Assembly: GCF_963921235.1 (NCBI RefSeq)
Contig: NC_086100.1
Coordinates: 201,750,001-201,814,000, forward strand
DNA length: 64,000 nucleotides
Source of the DNA: Mobula hypostoma
Lineage: Eukaryota
Direction: 5' to 3'
In this document: one piece after another, positions 1 to 12,505 of the stretch
Layout: every line of letters begins with the position of its first letter
Numbering within the stretch: position 1 is the stretch's first letter
The notes under the pieces: generated by a model
What the model was told of the DNA's origin: nothing
Database searches by the model: none
What the model saw: the letters and a program-made list of their open reading frames with translations, nothing else
Made by a program: the position numbers and the translations under genes

Positions 1-1135
1 GATAAGGTACCCCATGCAAGGCTTATTGAGAAATTAAGGAGACATGGGATCCAAGGGGACATTGCTTTGTGAATCCAGAACTCGCTTGTCCACAGAAGGC
101 AAAGAGTGATTATGGATGGGTCATATTCTACATGGAGGCCGGTGACCAGTGGTGTGCCTCAGGGATCTGTTCTGGGACCCCTACTCTTTGTGATTCTTAT
201 AAATGACCTGGATGAGGAAGTGGAGGGTTGAGTTAGTAAATTTGCTGATGACACAAATGTTGGGTGTGTTGTGGATAGTGTTGAGGGCTGTCAGAGGTTA
301 CAGCGGGACATTGATAGGATGCAAAACTGGGCTGAGAAGTGGCAGATGGAGTTCAACCCAGATAAGTGTGAGGTGGTTCATTTTGGTAGGTCAAATATGA
401 TGGCAGAATATAGTATTAATATAGTAGTGTGGAGGATCAGAGGGATCTTGGGGTCCGAGTCCATAGGACACTCAAACCTGCTACGCAGGTTGATTCTGTG
501 GTTAAGAAGGCATACGGTGTATTGGCCTTTATCAAATGTGGGATTGAGTTCAAGAACCAAGAAGTAATGTTGCAGCTATATAGGACCCTGGTCAGACCCC
601 ACTTGGAGTACTGTGCTCAGTTCTGGTCGCCTCACAAGGGAAGGATGTGGAAAGCATAGAAATGGTGCAGAGGAGATTTACAAGGATGTTGCCTGGATTG
701 GGGAGCATGCCTTATGAGAATAGGTTGAGTGAACCCGGCCTTTTCTCCTTGGAGTGATGGAGGATGAGAGGTGACCTGATAGAGGTGTATAAGATAATGA
801 GAGGCATTGATCGTGTGGATAGTCAGAGGCTTTTTCTCAGGGCTGAAATGACTAGCACGAGAGGGCACAAGTTTAAGGTGCTTGGAAGTAGGTACAGAGG
901 AGATGTCAGAGGTAAGTTTTTTACACAGAGAGTGGTGAGTGCGTGGAATGGGCTGTCTGCGGCAGTGGTGGAGGCGGAAACGATAGGGTTTTTTAAGAGA
1001 CTCCTGGATAGATACATGGAGCTTAGAAAAATAGAGGGCTACGGGAACCCTAGGTACTTCTAAAGTAAGGACATGTTTGGTACAGCTTTGTGGGCCGAAG
1101 GGCCTGTATTGTGCTGTAGGTTTTCTATGTTTCTA
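1..1135 (+). mobile_element. CR1 LINE, 3' part of ORF2 (reverse transcriptase) with 3' tail; decayed
   Basis: Motifs [36 protein letters not shown] and FFTQRVV are spread across frames; ends in TTTCTATGTTTCTA. Confidence 0.95.
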
Positions 1136-1250
1136 AGTCCCTCTGCATCCTACCTGTTTCCTCAATACTACCTGCCCCTCCACCAATCTTTGTATCATCC
1201 ACAAACCTGGCAACAAAGTGATCTATTCCATCATCTAAATCATTTATATA

Positions 1251-2600
1251 CAGTAGTGGTCACCAACCTTTTAAAGCCCAAGATCCCCTACCTCGACCTC
1301 AGTGAAAGGCAAGATCTACCTACTAAATTGTTTAGAGATAAAACAGCTCAGATTGTACTTCTAATTTGAGGCCTTTTATTTGGGCTAATTGTATTTGAAT
1401 TACACAAAATACTTTTGTCAAACTTTCAAATTAATTCAAAGAAGAAAACACTGTAACTAGCATATCAAACAGGCCATAGCTGTATTTCTTTAAGAATATT
1501 ACAATACTTCACACCTTTAATTCTAAGTTTCATTATTTAATTTTATTTCAACATGAAAAATATACGAATAAAAATTGACTGTTGCAGTCAGTGTGATGAC
1601 TGGGGCTGAATACTTATTGCTAGTTCCCTGAAATTTGGCTCATAACTACAGACAGCCAGTCTGAGACAGTCTGTGAGGTGTCTGTCAGTAAGTCTGCTCC
1701 TGTACTTAGATTTAATAATTTTCATCTGTGAAAATGCAATTTCACACAGATAAGTTGGCCCGAAGTAGGCACTGACTTTTAGTGCTATAAAACCAACGCG
1801 CACACCGTGCATTGCTCAGCCCCATCAGTAGTAATTGCCACCAGTTTATGAATGGGGTTGTCACTTTCACGGACATATTTTTTAAACTCATTGTAAATAT
1901 CCTCACCTCTCATTCTCTCCTTTAATTGCAAAAGAGTGAGGAAGTCCTCCTTTGTTGTAAAATCCTGGAAAGCCATTCTGACAAATACAACAAGCTGAGC
2001 TGTTTGCATTACATCCAGGGATTCATCGAATTGTAGTGAAAAATATTCACGTCCTCTGATAGTGACTCTACCCTCCTTGTCACTGTTGCAGGGCCAAGCG
2101 GGATATTATATATCAAAGTTACTGGTGAACGCAGCAGTAACTTTGATGTGTGTTGCTTGAATTTCCAGCATCTGCAGTATTCCTGTTGTTTGCGGGATAC
2201 TATATATTGCAGTTGTAGTGCCGTTTTTGTTTTTAAAGTCATTAAAACAGTCTCTGTGGTAATGGCCATTGCTTCCTTGAATAAATCACCATCTGTAAAA
2301 GGCTTCTTGTGTTTAGCCAAAAGGTGACTTACACGAAATGATGCTTCAAAGCAACCTTATTTTGAGCAGCATGTTTTGTGAAAAACGATCGCTGGGCCTT
2401 CAACCCCGATTTCAGCTCCTCAACTTTCCAGGCACGAATTGCGCTCTTTGGGGGGTGGGTGTCTTTAAATTTCTGGTGGTTGATGTTGTGGTGCTGCTCC
2501 AGATTCCCTCTTTTAGTCAGTGCTTGTGTTTGGTGGCACAACTTACATACACACTTGTCTTTCACCAAGGTAAATAGAAATTCCTCTTCCCATTCTAAAT
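1251..2600 (-). mobile_element. hAT DNA transposon (SPIN/Charlie, GTF2IRD2-like transposase), frameshifted and internally deleted
   Basis: Minus-strand pieces: CVCKLCHQ..GNLEQHH (BED-like finger), KKPFTDGDLFKEAM, TAQLVVFVR..LVAITTDGA, FGPTYLCEIAFSQMKIIKSKYRSRLTD (hAT dimerisation). TIR-like end TAGTGGTCACCAACCT near 1254. Confidence 0.88.
2114..2191 (+). mobile_element. Short Penelope-like 3'-tail insertion inside the hAT transposase
   Basis: Closely matches the Penelope tail at 48160-48228; flanked by a 16-bp direct repeat GCGGGATA(T/C)TATATAT at 2098-2113 and 2192-2207. Confidence 0.8.
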
Positions 2601-3020
2601 AAACCAGAATCTGCTGTATTGGATGGACAGGGCTTATTTACTGTAAACCAAAGTGGCTTCTTGCATGGTAGGTCATGTCTAACCAATCTTAAAGCTTTTT
2701 GAAGATTAAACAAGAAATTTGTGTCTAGATGCCTGTGACTGGTGTCACAGGGATCAGTGCTGTGTCTGTTATTGTTTGACATCTATACCAATAATCTGGG
2801 TGATAATTGATCAGCAAATTTGTGGATGACACCAAGATTGGGAACAGAGTGGACAGCGAGGAAGAATATCAAAGGTTGCATCACAGGAACTGGTAAGTTG
2901 GTGAGGCTGAACCTGGAGTAATGTGAGTAGTTCTGCTCATCTACCCACGGGAAAGAAAATTGACATGGATGTTGCCGGGACTTGAGTACCTGAGTTATAG
3001 GGGAAGGTTGAAAAGAATCA
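2600..3020 (+). mobile_element. Old CR1 RT fragments
   Basis: Degenerate HGF..GRSCLTNL, SGV.QGS and KFVDDTK segments. Confidence 0.7.
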
Positions 3021-3704
3021 CAGACCAACACGTCCATGTGATTCTGCTCCTGTGTCCCATGAAATATTTTAGGAGAATCTGAGAGCATGGCCTGGATGGT
3101 GGGGGTCCTTGATGATGGATGCTTATTTCTTACAACAGTACTCCATGTAGATGTGCTCAGTGTTGGGGAGGGCTTTAACTATGATGGACTGGGCTGTACC
3201 CATTGATTTTGTTGGCGTTTCTTTTCATTGTTTTTCCATACCAGGCCGTGCTGCAGCCAGTCGATATACGCTGTATCACATATCAATAAGCCTGTCAAAG
3301 TTTTAGATGATATGCCAAATCTTAGCAAACATTGAGAAAGTAAAACTATTGGCATGCTTTTTTTGTAATGGTACTTAATTGTGAGACCCGGGACAGATCG
3401 TCTGAAATGTCCAGGAATTGAAATTTTCTGACCCTCTCCAACTCTGATCACCGATGAGTACTGGCTCATAGCTTCCCCCACTTGTAGTCAAAAATTCGTT
3501 CTAGGAGACTTAATGGGCTGATTGGTCTGATTCTGCTCCTGTGTCCCATGGTGTTCTGGTCTCAGTCCATGCAGGCTCTGAGGTAATCACATTCCCACAC
3601 CTATTTCCCTCCAAACTATTCCTGTTCACATTCTCTTTCACTTATTCCCCTGACAACCTGCTGTCAGGGAAGCTCTTCACATTAGCAGTGGGGTCAAGAA
3701 CAGG

Positions 3705-3810
3705 AGACTGTAGAATGAAGGGTCTTGGCATGAAACATCAACAGTTTATTCCTCTCCACAGATACTGCCTGACCTGCTGAATTCCTCCAGCATTTTGTCT
3801 GTGTTCTTGT
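3705..3810 (+). mobile_element. Degenerate Penelope 3' tail
   Basis: GAAGGGTCTTGGCATGAAACATC...GATACTGCCTGACCTGCTGAATTCCTCCAGCATTTTG resembles 48100-48200. Confidence 0.6.
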
Positions 3811-4619
3811 AGAATGAAGATGTTTTGTAAATAAACTAGGAGTGATGGAAGGTAATATATTTTTACACTTCAAATATTTAAGGTCTGGATGCAAATGTCT
3901 CTTAATAGTGGATGCAGATTGATATCTCATTTTCACCCATGACTGACAGCATTGCCCAGAGTCCCCAGGAGTGTGACACTCACAAATGCTACACTATTTA
4001 CAATCTGTTCCACTGAAGGGACAAGGTTGGCGAATGTCTCAAACCTTCCAAACACAATTTTAGCACTGAATCTCCCTTAACCAGGACAAGGGGCAGGGAC
4101 AGTGACATTGTCACATCAGCAGACACATCATAATGAGATGCATCATCACCATAGGATTTAAATTCTGCTCAGCTGGAGACTCGAGACAGATGTAGACGGG
4201 CAGATACCATGGATTCTCCCATATCTACACAGATGGTTCAAATATCCAGCAAAAGGTCATTCAGGTATTTCTCTTTATGTTCATTAATTTCATGTCGGAC
4301 AATGAGTGAGGTTGTGGATGACACCAAAATGAGTGTGTGGTGAACGTGAGGATTGTCTGAGTTTGCAATGGGATGGAGACCATCTGGCAAAGTGGGACAA
4401 GAAAGGGCAGGTTGCACGTAACTGGACAAGTGTGATTTTCGGAAGTTAAACCAGAGTAGAACATAGAGAGTAAATGACAGGGCCCAAAGGGGTTTGTAGA
4501 ACAGACACACCGAGGGGTAGAAGTACACTGTCCTCTAAAAATGGTGACTCATTTGGACAGGATGGTGAAAAATGTGTGGATGAGTTGTCATGCTGTGTAA
4601 ATTAGACTTTTGTTATTTA

Positions 4620-5370
4620 ACTTGTCCTGAGAACCCCTTTCTATTGCTCTTAGAGATTCTAATACTGTTCAGGGTACAGTATTAAGAGAGGGGACAAACT
4701 ACACAAGGTTTTGTTATATGCGGATAACCTGTTAGTTTATAGTTCAGATCCAAGGAAATATATTCCTTCTATGTTATCAATATTTTCTGAAATCAGTAGT
4801 TTTTCTGGTTATATTACCGTTTCTGCTCAAAGTGTGATTGCCTTTTCGACTTCATTGGCTTGGAGAGCCATTTTACTGAAATGGAAGGATTCTAATCCAC
4901 CTGCTGTCTTTTTTTGGCTTTCCTCCATTATGTCCTGTTTAAGCTTAGAGAAAATAAGCAGTCAGACATTTGATACAACTTTTAAATTTGAGCAAATATA
5001 GCGACCTTTTATTCTATATTTTCATTTGATTTGATTTATTGCTGTTCCAATTATTTTTTTTTCGAAGTTATAGATTTGATCACAAATTCTTTCCTTTTTA
5101 TTTGGTTGTAACCTCCAAATGGACTGGGCAGTGGGTTTTTTTCCCTTCATTTTAAATTTAAAGCTTTTTTTCCTCTCTTTATGAATTGATAAGAGGACAA
5201 TTCCTTGTCCGTTTTTATTATATATTGCATATTTGCTTATTACTATGTATGATTATGATCATATCTATTTCATCTTTTGTTTATATTGTTGCTGATATAC
5301 ATATTTGAGATAATTCTCCCCTTGTCTGCATATATGTTTCCTCTAAATCAATAAAAAGATTAATAAAGAA
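4620..5370 (+). mobile_element. L1-clade LINE remnant (RT motif joined to ORF2 C-terminus, plus 3' UTR)
   Basis: LLYADNLLVY..FSGY is joined to AWRAILLKWKDSNPP..WLSSIMSCLSLEKI; AT-rich UTR ends in AATAAAAAGATTAATAAAG. Confidence 0.7.
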
Positions 5371-5459
5371 AAGATTTCTCATGCTGTGACTCAAAATATA
5401 AATGTTCCTGTCGTTGTCTAGTTGTAAGCCAGTGAATATTTTTCCTCTCTTTTGTTTCC

Positions 5460-5570
5460 TTTCATGATGAAGGGTCTCAGCCTGAAACGTCGGCTCTGCT
5501 CTTTGTCTTAGATGCTGCCTGGCCTGCTGAGTTTCTCCAGCGTTTTCTGTGTGTTGCTTGAATTTACTTT
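5460..5570 (+). mobile_element. Penelope 3' tail with a mutated hammerhead motif
   Basis: ATGATGAAGGGTCTCAGCCTGAAACGTCGGC followed by GATGCTGCCTGGCCTGCTGAGTTTCTCCAGC. Confidence 0.7.
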
Positions 5571-6053
5571 TTCTTTCTTCTCCTTGAGGGGCAAGAGTGC
5601 CAGAAACCATGAAACATGATTGTGCACAAGACAACACAGATTTGAACCGTATGAACCAGAGATGAAGCTGAGAGTGACCACTACACAATTCAAGCCCAAG
5701 ACAGCAAGTCCCGACTGCATTCAGTACTCCTCAGGTTAGTACCTCTGCAACCCTTCCACCTCACTGTGTTCACTCAATTACCACTCCCATTCCACCCCAC
5801 AAACTGACTGAATCATGGAGACTGTGTGAAACCACCTCTCTTATCACAGGACCATTTCTATCTCGTGCATCCTGGGTCAGAGGGTTCACTCATCCAGTGC
5901 TAAATTTGTTTTTACATTGATTTATTTCTCATTTTAAAAGTTTCCCATTTCTGTGTGCTGATGGGTGTTTGTCATCCCGACCAGTTCTGCCTGAAATTCT
6001 TTGGTGTGATTGTTTCTTGGTGAAATTTGACAATGGGTTCCCCGGTTGGACCT

Positions 6054-6149
6054 TCACGCCCAGTCATCATGACCCTGTGTCGGTAACAGGAACCGACCCT
6101 GCTCCGGCTCCAGGCTCAGGTCAGCATTGCTCGGGTTACTGTACTGGCA
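6054..6149 (-). CDS. Candidate terminal coding exon of an unidentified minus-strand gene (CQYSNPSNADLSLEPEQGRFLLPTQGHDDWA*)
   Basis: Acceptor ccctctccag with upstream ttgac; 32 codons mostly ending in G/C; AATAAA at 5926-5921; non-repeat sequence. No homology recognised. Confidence 0.3.
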   Translation of the reverse strand, partial: CQYSNPSNADLSLEPEQGRFLLPTQGHDDWA

Positions 6150-6499
6150 CTGGAGAGGGCCCAGTCCATGTGGTCAATTCTGGCCAAAGACAGCTGGGGC
6201 TCCACCCTGACACCGAGTCATTTTATGTGATTAGCAAAAGCTGCAGTCCTTTACTTCCACCCTGCCCCTGATGCATGGGGAATAAATATACCAGTAGTGT
6301 TGTTTACAAAAGACTCGTTTGGTGTCGGCAAATGCTCTGGTCACGTCTGCTGACCATTCAAACATGTGATTATGGGCATTAAATTAAGGGAGCAAGCATA
6401 AGTTCAACAGATCTTGGAATGAAAAGGTGATAGAAATTCACCAAAACAAAAAACACTTGCAGTATTTTTTGGGGAGTGGGGGTGCAGTGGAAAGTCCAT

Positions 6500-6690
6500 C
6501 ATAACAGCGAACATTGATGGTGGGGTGGCAGACCATCTGCACAGATACAGTGGCTGAGAAAGTCAAGGACAGACAACCTGAACTGGTATTTAATGGGGTT
6601 AATAATCAGCCCACGATGGCTGAAGCAATAGAAAAGTATGTGGAGATGTGATAAGTGTTCGGTTTTGGATGCGCTGGTGACAGCTACAGT
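6500..6690 (-). mobile_element. Small Gypsy RT fragment
   Basis: EHLSHLHILF..GLIINPIKYQF..LDFLSH.I.ADG resembles the Gypsy RT C-terminal palm/thumb. Confidence 0.55.
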
Positions 6691-7329
6691 ACTGTGTAAA
6701 AGTCTTAGACACATGTATCTGTAGCAATGGTGCTCAGATTCTTGCTCAGTACTGTATATTATGTCTTTCCAGTCACAACTTAATACCACTTCATACACCT
6801 GAGCTGGTACAAAGCTAAGCACTCTTATTTCTGTTTCCCAACCACCTCCTATTTTAATGAATTTACAGAATTGTGCAGAAGTTCCAGGCACCCTTGCTAC
6901 ATATATGTGCGTTTTGCACAGTGCTGTGTGTTGTCCAGGAAAACAAAAAGAAAACCTGTCAGTGTCTTATCTCACAGTCCATGAGTTGCTGGGAAGTCTA
7001 TGCTGCATTTTTCAGCCCATGGGCATGCACAGAAACTCAAACAGCCCAAATGGGGTGATAACAGCATCTTTGGGAATATGGTGAGAGCACCCAGGTACCT
7101 GATGATAAACCCTGACCGAATACACTTTACAAATAATGATCTTTCTGGCTAAATTTACCGAAAAGTCTTGAATATGTGGGACTGGGTAATGGCCTATTTA
7201 GAGATCGGCAGGGATGACATTATCGGCTTCACTGAGTTCGTTGCTTAAAGATCATCGTCGGGCGCTTCACATCCAAGGATACAGATTGTGTTGAAAGGAC
7301 AGGCAGAGGGAGTGGGGAGGCATTGTTGT

Positions 7330-8780
7330 TAAAAATCAAATCAAATCCTTATAGAGAGATGACATAGGAATAGAAGTTGCAGAAACTTTGGGGTGGGGCG
7401 CGGTTGTAGAACTAAGAAACTGCCAGGTCTCTGATGGGAGTTTATACAGGCTCCCAAACAGTAGCCAGAACGTGGGATATAAATTGCAATGGGAGATAGA
7501 AAAGGAAAGTCTATGATGTAGCGAGCTGGTGTTCAGTGAATGGGAGGGTAATGAGGATTGTGGCAGAACAAAGGAATCTGGCTTTGCAGATAATACAAAG
7601 GTAGATGGAAGGGCAAGTATTTGACAGCAAGCAGGGTGCCTGCAGAAGTACTTGGACAGATTGAGAGAAAAGGCAAAGAAGTAGTAGATGGAATATACTG
7701 TAGGGAAGTGTATGGTCATGCACTTCAGTAGAAGGAATTAAGGTGTCGTCTATTTTAAAATTTTAAATATTAGAGGGGTAAAGGTCCTTGGAAGCACTTC
7801 TGCAGGATTCCGTAAAGGTTAACTTGAAGTTTGAGTCGATTGTTACGAAGGCAACTGCAATGTTGGCATTCATTTCAAATGGACTGGAATATAAAAGGAA
7901 AGATGTATACTGAGGCTTTATATGGCATTGGTCAGACCAAATTTGGAGTATTGTGTGCGGATTTGGGCCGCTTATCTGAGAAATGATGTGCTGGCATTAG
8001 AGAGTTTCCAGAGAAGGTTGACGAGATTGATCCAGCAGTGAAAGGGTTAACATATGAGGAGCGTTTCATGGCTCTGGACTCGTACTCGCCAGATGATGCT
8101 GCATCTCATAGAAACCTATTGAATATCCAAAGGTCTAGATAGAATGGACGTGAAAAGGATATCTTGTATACCTTCTGATCTCGGGCCAGAGGGCATCCAT
8201 TTAGACTGGAGATAAGGAGGAATTTCTTTAGTAACAGGATGATGAATCTGTGGAATCCATTGCCACGGATGGCTGTGGACACCAAGTAATTGAGGATATT
8301 TAAAATGGAAGTTGATTGGTTCTTGCTTAGTCATGGCATGAAAGGTTCCAGGGAGAAGAGAGTACAGTCTGGTTGCCAGGGATACTCAATCAGCCATGAT
8401 GGAATGACAGAACAGACTCAAGGTGCTGACTTGACTAATTCTGTTCCTGTCTTTTGGTCTTATGGTCTAATTGATGAAGACATTAGTGAGGTCTCACCTG
8501 GAATATTGTATTCAGATTTGCTTGCTCTGCTACGGGAAAGATGCCATCCAGCCGCAAAGAGTGCTGAGGAGATTTACGAGACTCTTGTCAGCACTTGAAG
8601 GACTGAGTTATGGACAGAGTTTGGGCAGGTTGGGAGTGCACAAGTATAAGGAAAAACAAGAAATTTAATCAGGACACAGGAGAAAATTATTCACACAGCA
8701 GACAGTCAGACAGCTACATGAATAAGAATGGTTTCGAGGGATACGGGACAAATGCAGGCAGATGGGACTGGCTCAGAATA
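7330..8780 (+). mobile_element. Several old CR1 fragments (endonuclease and RT 3' parts)
   Basis: Degenerate ELRNC, GVYRLPNS, LVRP.LEYC and RGHPFR segments; CR1 3' UTR. Confidence 0.75.
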
Positions 8781-8847
8781 GGATGCCACCAACACCACTT
8801 CCCCATTCCCTCTGCTCCCTCCCCGTCCATTACCCTGTCCCCTCCAG

Positions 8848-9490
8848 GCTATTCAAACCAGCTGACGCAATTTGCTCAAAGATAGTGTTGTCTTCAACAG
8901 GTCCATCCAGATTAAGTCCCGTGATTGGCCTGGGGAGACTCAGATCATCAACTAACCCTTCCAGACTGGTCTCCTGATCGGCTCCAGCACAATGACAACA
9001 CTGACAACCGCGCCCTTGGCTGTGATGGGTTCCACCAATGTCCATACTGTCTCCTGGCCTTTCTCCGTGGTGATCGACTCCTCTTCTGCTCTCACCTATC
9101 AGTGTTTCTCCAGCAAGAGCATCGTCTACTGGCTGCAGTGGACTGCCATCGTCCATTGGCTCACCTCCAAATCATCAGCCAGTGTCTTCACTGACTGGTC
9201 CACATGAGGAACTCCAGTGGGTGACTTCACTGGGAACATCATTGAACTACAGCACAACAACTTCATGGCATCAGGTCTGGGATCTTCACAGATCCAGTGG
9301 TCATTGATAGACAACAGAACGTCAAGTCTGATTGGCTTGATGACTAATTTCAGCTCTGTCTCAACCAATCAGCTGAAGAACAGCTCTGGTCTACCCGAGC
9401 TGATTTTTTTGTTGTACGATGAGTGGCTGATCAATCCCAGAGCACCTCTCAGTAGCTCCACCAGTGACACCATATTTTTGGCCCCCAGCC
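8848..9490 (+). pseudogene. Decayed coding-like exon of unknown family
   Basis: Strong acceptor (cctgtcccctccag|GCT). One frame runs about 215 codons with three stops and many C-ending codons, joining ORFs 8992-9207 and 9217 onward. Not recognisable as a transposon. Confidence 0.35.
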
Positions 9491-11250
9491 TCACCCTACC
9501 CTTCCTCCTCACCCCTCCATTCCCTCCCTCAGGTTCATCCTGCCCCATGTCCTGGCTGTCCTCACTGCGACTGCCTGGTTCCTCCAGTGAGGGAGCACCT
9601 CCTCCTCCCCGACCTATTCCCCACCCTCCCTTCCATCCCTCCCCCACACATGTCTCCCCTCAACTTTTCCTTCCACCTCCATGCCCCACCTCTTCCCTTC
9701 CCTCTCCTATACACATACCCCTCCCTCCCATTTCCTCCCTCCCGCTGCCACACACTTCCCCCATCTACCTCCCCACCTTCCCCCCTAGGACCTTGTCAGG
9801 GAGCCCTCCCTTCATCCTCCTCCTGCCCATTCCTCCCCACTCCCCTTCCCTCTCCCCTCCCCAAACCTCTCTCCCCCTCCCTCCCCCATCTCCTCTAACC
9901 CTTTCCTCCCTCCTCCTCCCCTTCCCCTCCACTCCACCACTCCCTCCCTATTCCTCCCCCTCCCCATCTCCCACCCCTTCCCCTCCCCTCCCTCACTCTC
10001 CCCTTCCCCTCCCATCCTCCTCCTTCCTCTCCCTCTTTCTCCATCCCTCCTGCCCCTGCTTGTCCCTCACCTCAATTCCCTCTTCCCAACCTCTCACCTT
10101 CCTTCCCTCCCCTACCCTCCATCCCCTCAACTGTATGTGTTTTTGTGTTTTGTGTGCGTGAGAGAGAGACCTACCCTCCCCGCTTCCCCCTCCTCCCTCC
10201 ATCTCCACCGCATTCCCCACCCCTCTGATTCCTCCCCATCCCCTCCAGCCTTATCTGCACCCTCCCCTCTCCCTCACACTCCTGCAAACGCACATACAGT
10301 TGGGGTGATGGATGGAGGGGGTGGGGTCAGAGTGAGTGGAAGAGGGGGAGTGAGGAGGAGAGAGGAAGTAGTATGTTGAGGGGGAGGGTGGGTGAGGAAA
10401 CAGGAGGGGAAGGAGTAGGTTGAGGGGGAGGGTGGGTGAGGAAACAGGAGGGGAAGGAGTAGGTTGAGGGGGAGGGTGGGTGAGGAAACAGGAGGGGAAG
10501 GGGTAGGTTGAGGGGGAGGGTGGGTGATGGAACAGGAGGGGAAGGGGTAGGTTGAGGGGGAGGGTGGGTGAAGGAACAGGAGGGGTAGGGGTAAGTTGAG
10601 GGGGAGGGTGGGAGAGGAAACAGGCAAGTGGGACTGAGTAGGACAATGGTACGAATGGGAGGGAGAAGAAGAGGGTTGAGGAGAGGGTGAGGTAAAGGGC
10701 AGGAGTAGGAGTATTGCTGTGGAGGTGGAGTGAGGGAGAAGAAGTAAAGGGAGAGGGGAAGTGGAGGGTTGAGGGGAGATAGAGGGGCAAGGAAGGTGGA
10801 AGGATGGGAGTGGGAATGGAGGGAGATGGGGAGGGAGGCAGAGGGGAAGGAGGAAGGGTGGAGGGGATGCCGGAGAATGGGAAGGGGAGGGTTGAGGGTA
10901 AGGGAGGGGCAGGGGAATGTGGTGGTGAGGGGGCAGGGGAAGGAATAGGGACGGATGGAGGAGGGGAGGGTGAGGGGTTTGGAGTGGGGGAGGGGAGGGG
11001 AGGGGGAGGGGGGGATGGGTGGGCGGGGAGGGGGGAGGGGAGGGTAGAGGGAGGGGGACTGAGGAGGAGTGGGTGGGAGGAAGATGGAGAGAGGGTTCCC
11101 CCATGAGGTCCCAGACACCCCCCATACCCCAACCCACCCCCCCCATACCCCCCATAACCTACCCCCCACACCACCGCATACCCCACCCCACCCCCCATAA
11201 CCCTCCATACCCCACCCCCCACACCCCCCACACGCCACCCCAGCCCAGAC
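9490..11250. repeat. Low-complexity C/T-rich then G/A-rich tracts, including about 5.5 copies of a 44-bp unit at 10376-10620
   Basis: Unit TTGAGGGGGAGGGTGGGTGAGGAAACAGGAGGGGAAGGAGTAGG; produces spurious Pro/Ser/Gly ORFs. Confidence 0.9.
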
Positions 11251-11559
11251 CATCCCCTTCTGGAATCGGCCCCATTTTCTGCTCGGGGCTGGGGGTGAAC
11301 GTTGAGCTGCTGAACCTGCAAGAAAATGGATCGTCTGATAGATTATTGTTCATGTACTTGGAAAATAAATTTACTTTGAAATTCAACTTTGAAATCTGTT
11401 GTTTGTAAAACATGTACTGATGAGAAATGGTGTCAATGAATGTCTGAGAGTGGAAAACACTGGTGTTCAGTCCCACTGGCCCTTGCCAGTCAAGAACCCC
11501 CACCTGAGTCTGTCCCATCTGCCTGTCTTGACCCATCTCTCTCTGAAGTTTCCTCTCCG

Positions 11560-12505
11560 CCCTGTCTAACCAAGCACATGTCAACCTCTGTTTTAAATAT
11601 AGCCAACTGTGCCAATGAATTGCTCAGATTCATCACCCTCTGGGTAAAGAAATTCCACCTCATCTCTATAAATGAATGCCCTCTGTTGTTAGACAGTTTG
11701 TCCCTGGGGTGGGGAGGGGTGTGTTGCGGGAAAGATACCAGCTATCAATCTATGCCCCTCGTAATCTTATCACACATTATCATACTCCCCTCAGCTCCAC
11801 CACTCCTTAGAAAATACCCAAGTTTGTTTGGCCTCTCCTTAAACAGTAACTTATGCCTTTACTCCAGACTGCATCCTGGTGAATCTCTTCTGCACCCTCT
11901 CCAATGTATCACTGTTACAGTGGGTCAACGGCAATGACAGGTTCATCCAAGAGGAGCTGGCCAAAGTTGATGGGAATGGGACACTAGGCAGAATGACAGC
12001 AGAGCAGCAATGACTGGAGTTTTGGGGGCAATTTAGAAGGTGGAGGGCAGATTCGTCCCAAAGCTGAAGTATTCTAAAGGGAGGATGAGGCAAGCGTGGC
12101 TGACAAGGGAAGTCAGAGACAGCATAGAGTCAAAAAGGAGAGCATAGAGTAGTAGCAGAAAAGAGAGGGAAGCTGAATGATTGGGAAGCTTTACAAAGCA
12201 ACAAAAGCCAGTGGAAAACAATGAGGAGAGAAAAGATGAAATCTGAAGGTAAGCCAGCCAATAATATTAAATAGGGAGCCGAAAGCTTTTCTTCCAGAGG
12301 TAGAAAGAGTAAAATTAAGGCAGAGTGGACATTAGAGTGCTGGAAATGACACTGGAGAGGTAGTAATGGGAAAAAAGGAATGGTGAACAAACTGAATAAG
12401 AATTTTGCCAGCGAGGGGGAGAAGTGAATGTAATCACTGTTGCCAATGAGAAGCTGAAATGTCGTAGGTAGATAAGTCATCTAGACCAGTTGGTCTACAC
12501 CCCAG
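11560..12505. mobile_element. CR1 fragments (minus about 11560-11920, plus about 11930-12505)
   Basis: TLERVQKRFTRM on minus; ELAKVDG..AEQQ.LEF and WLTREVRDSI on plus. Confidence 0.7.

Noticed and set aside
8830..9156. Minus-strand 108-aa ORF (MDDGSPLQ...LEGTG) ending near a GTAATG donor
   Set aside because: It is the exact antisense of the C-ending-biased plus frame and has tandem stops just upstream. It is better explained as a shadow ORF, though not fully excluded.
9490..11250. Long Pro/Ser/Leu or Gly/Arg/Glu ORFs here and at 31.6-32.9, 34.0-35.0, 39.5-40.3 and 56.7-57.7 kb
   Set aside because: They arise from stop-poor low-complexity DNA that is open in several frames on both strands.
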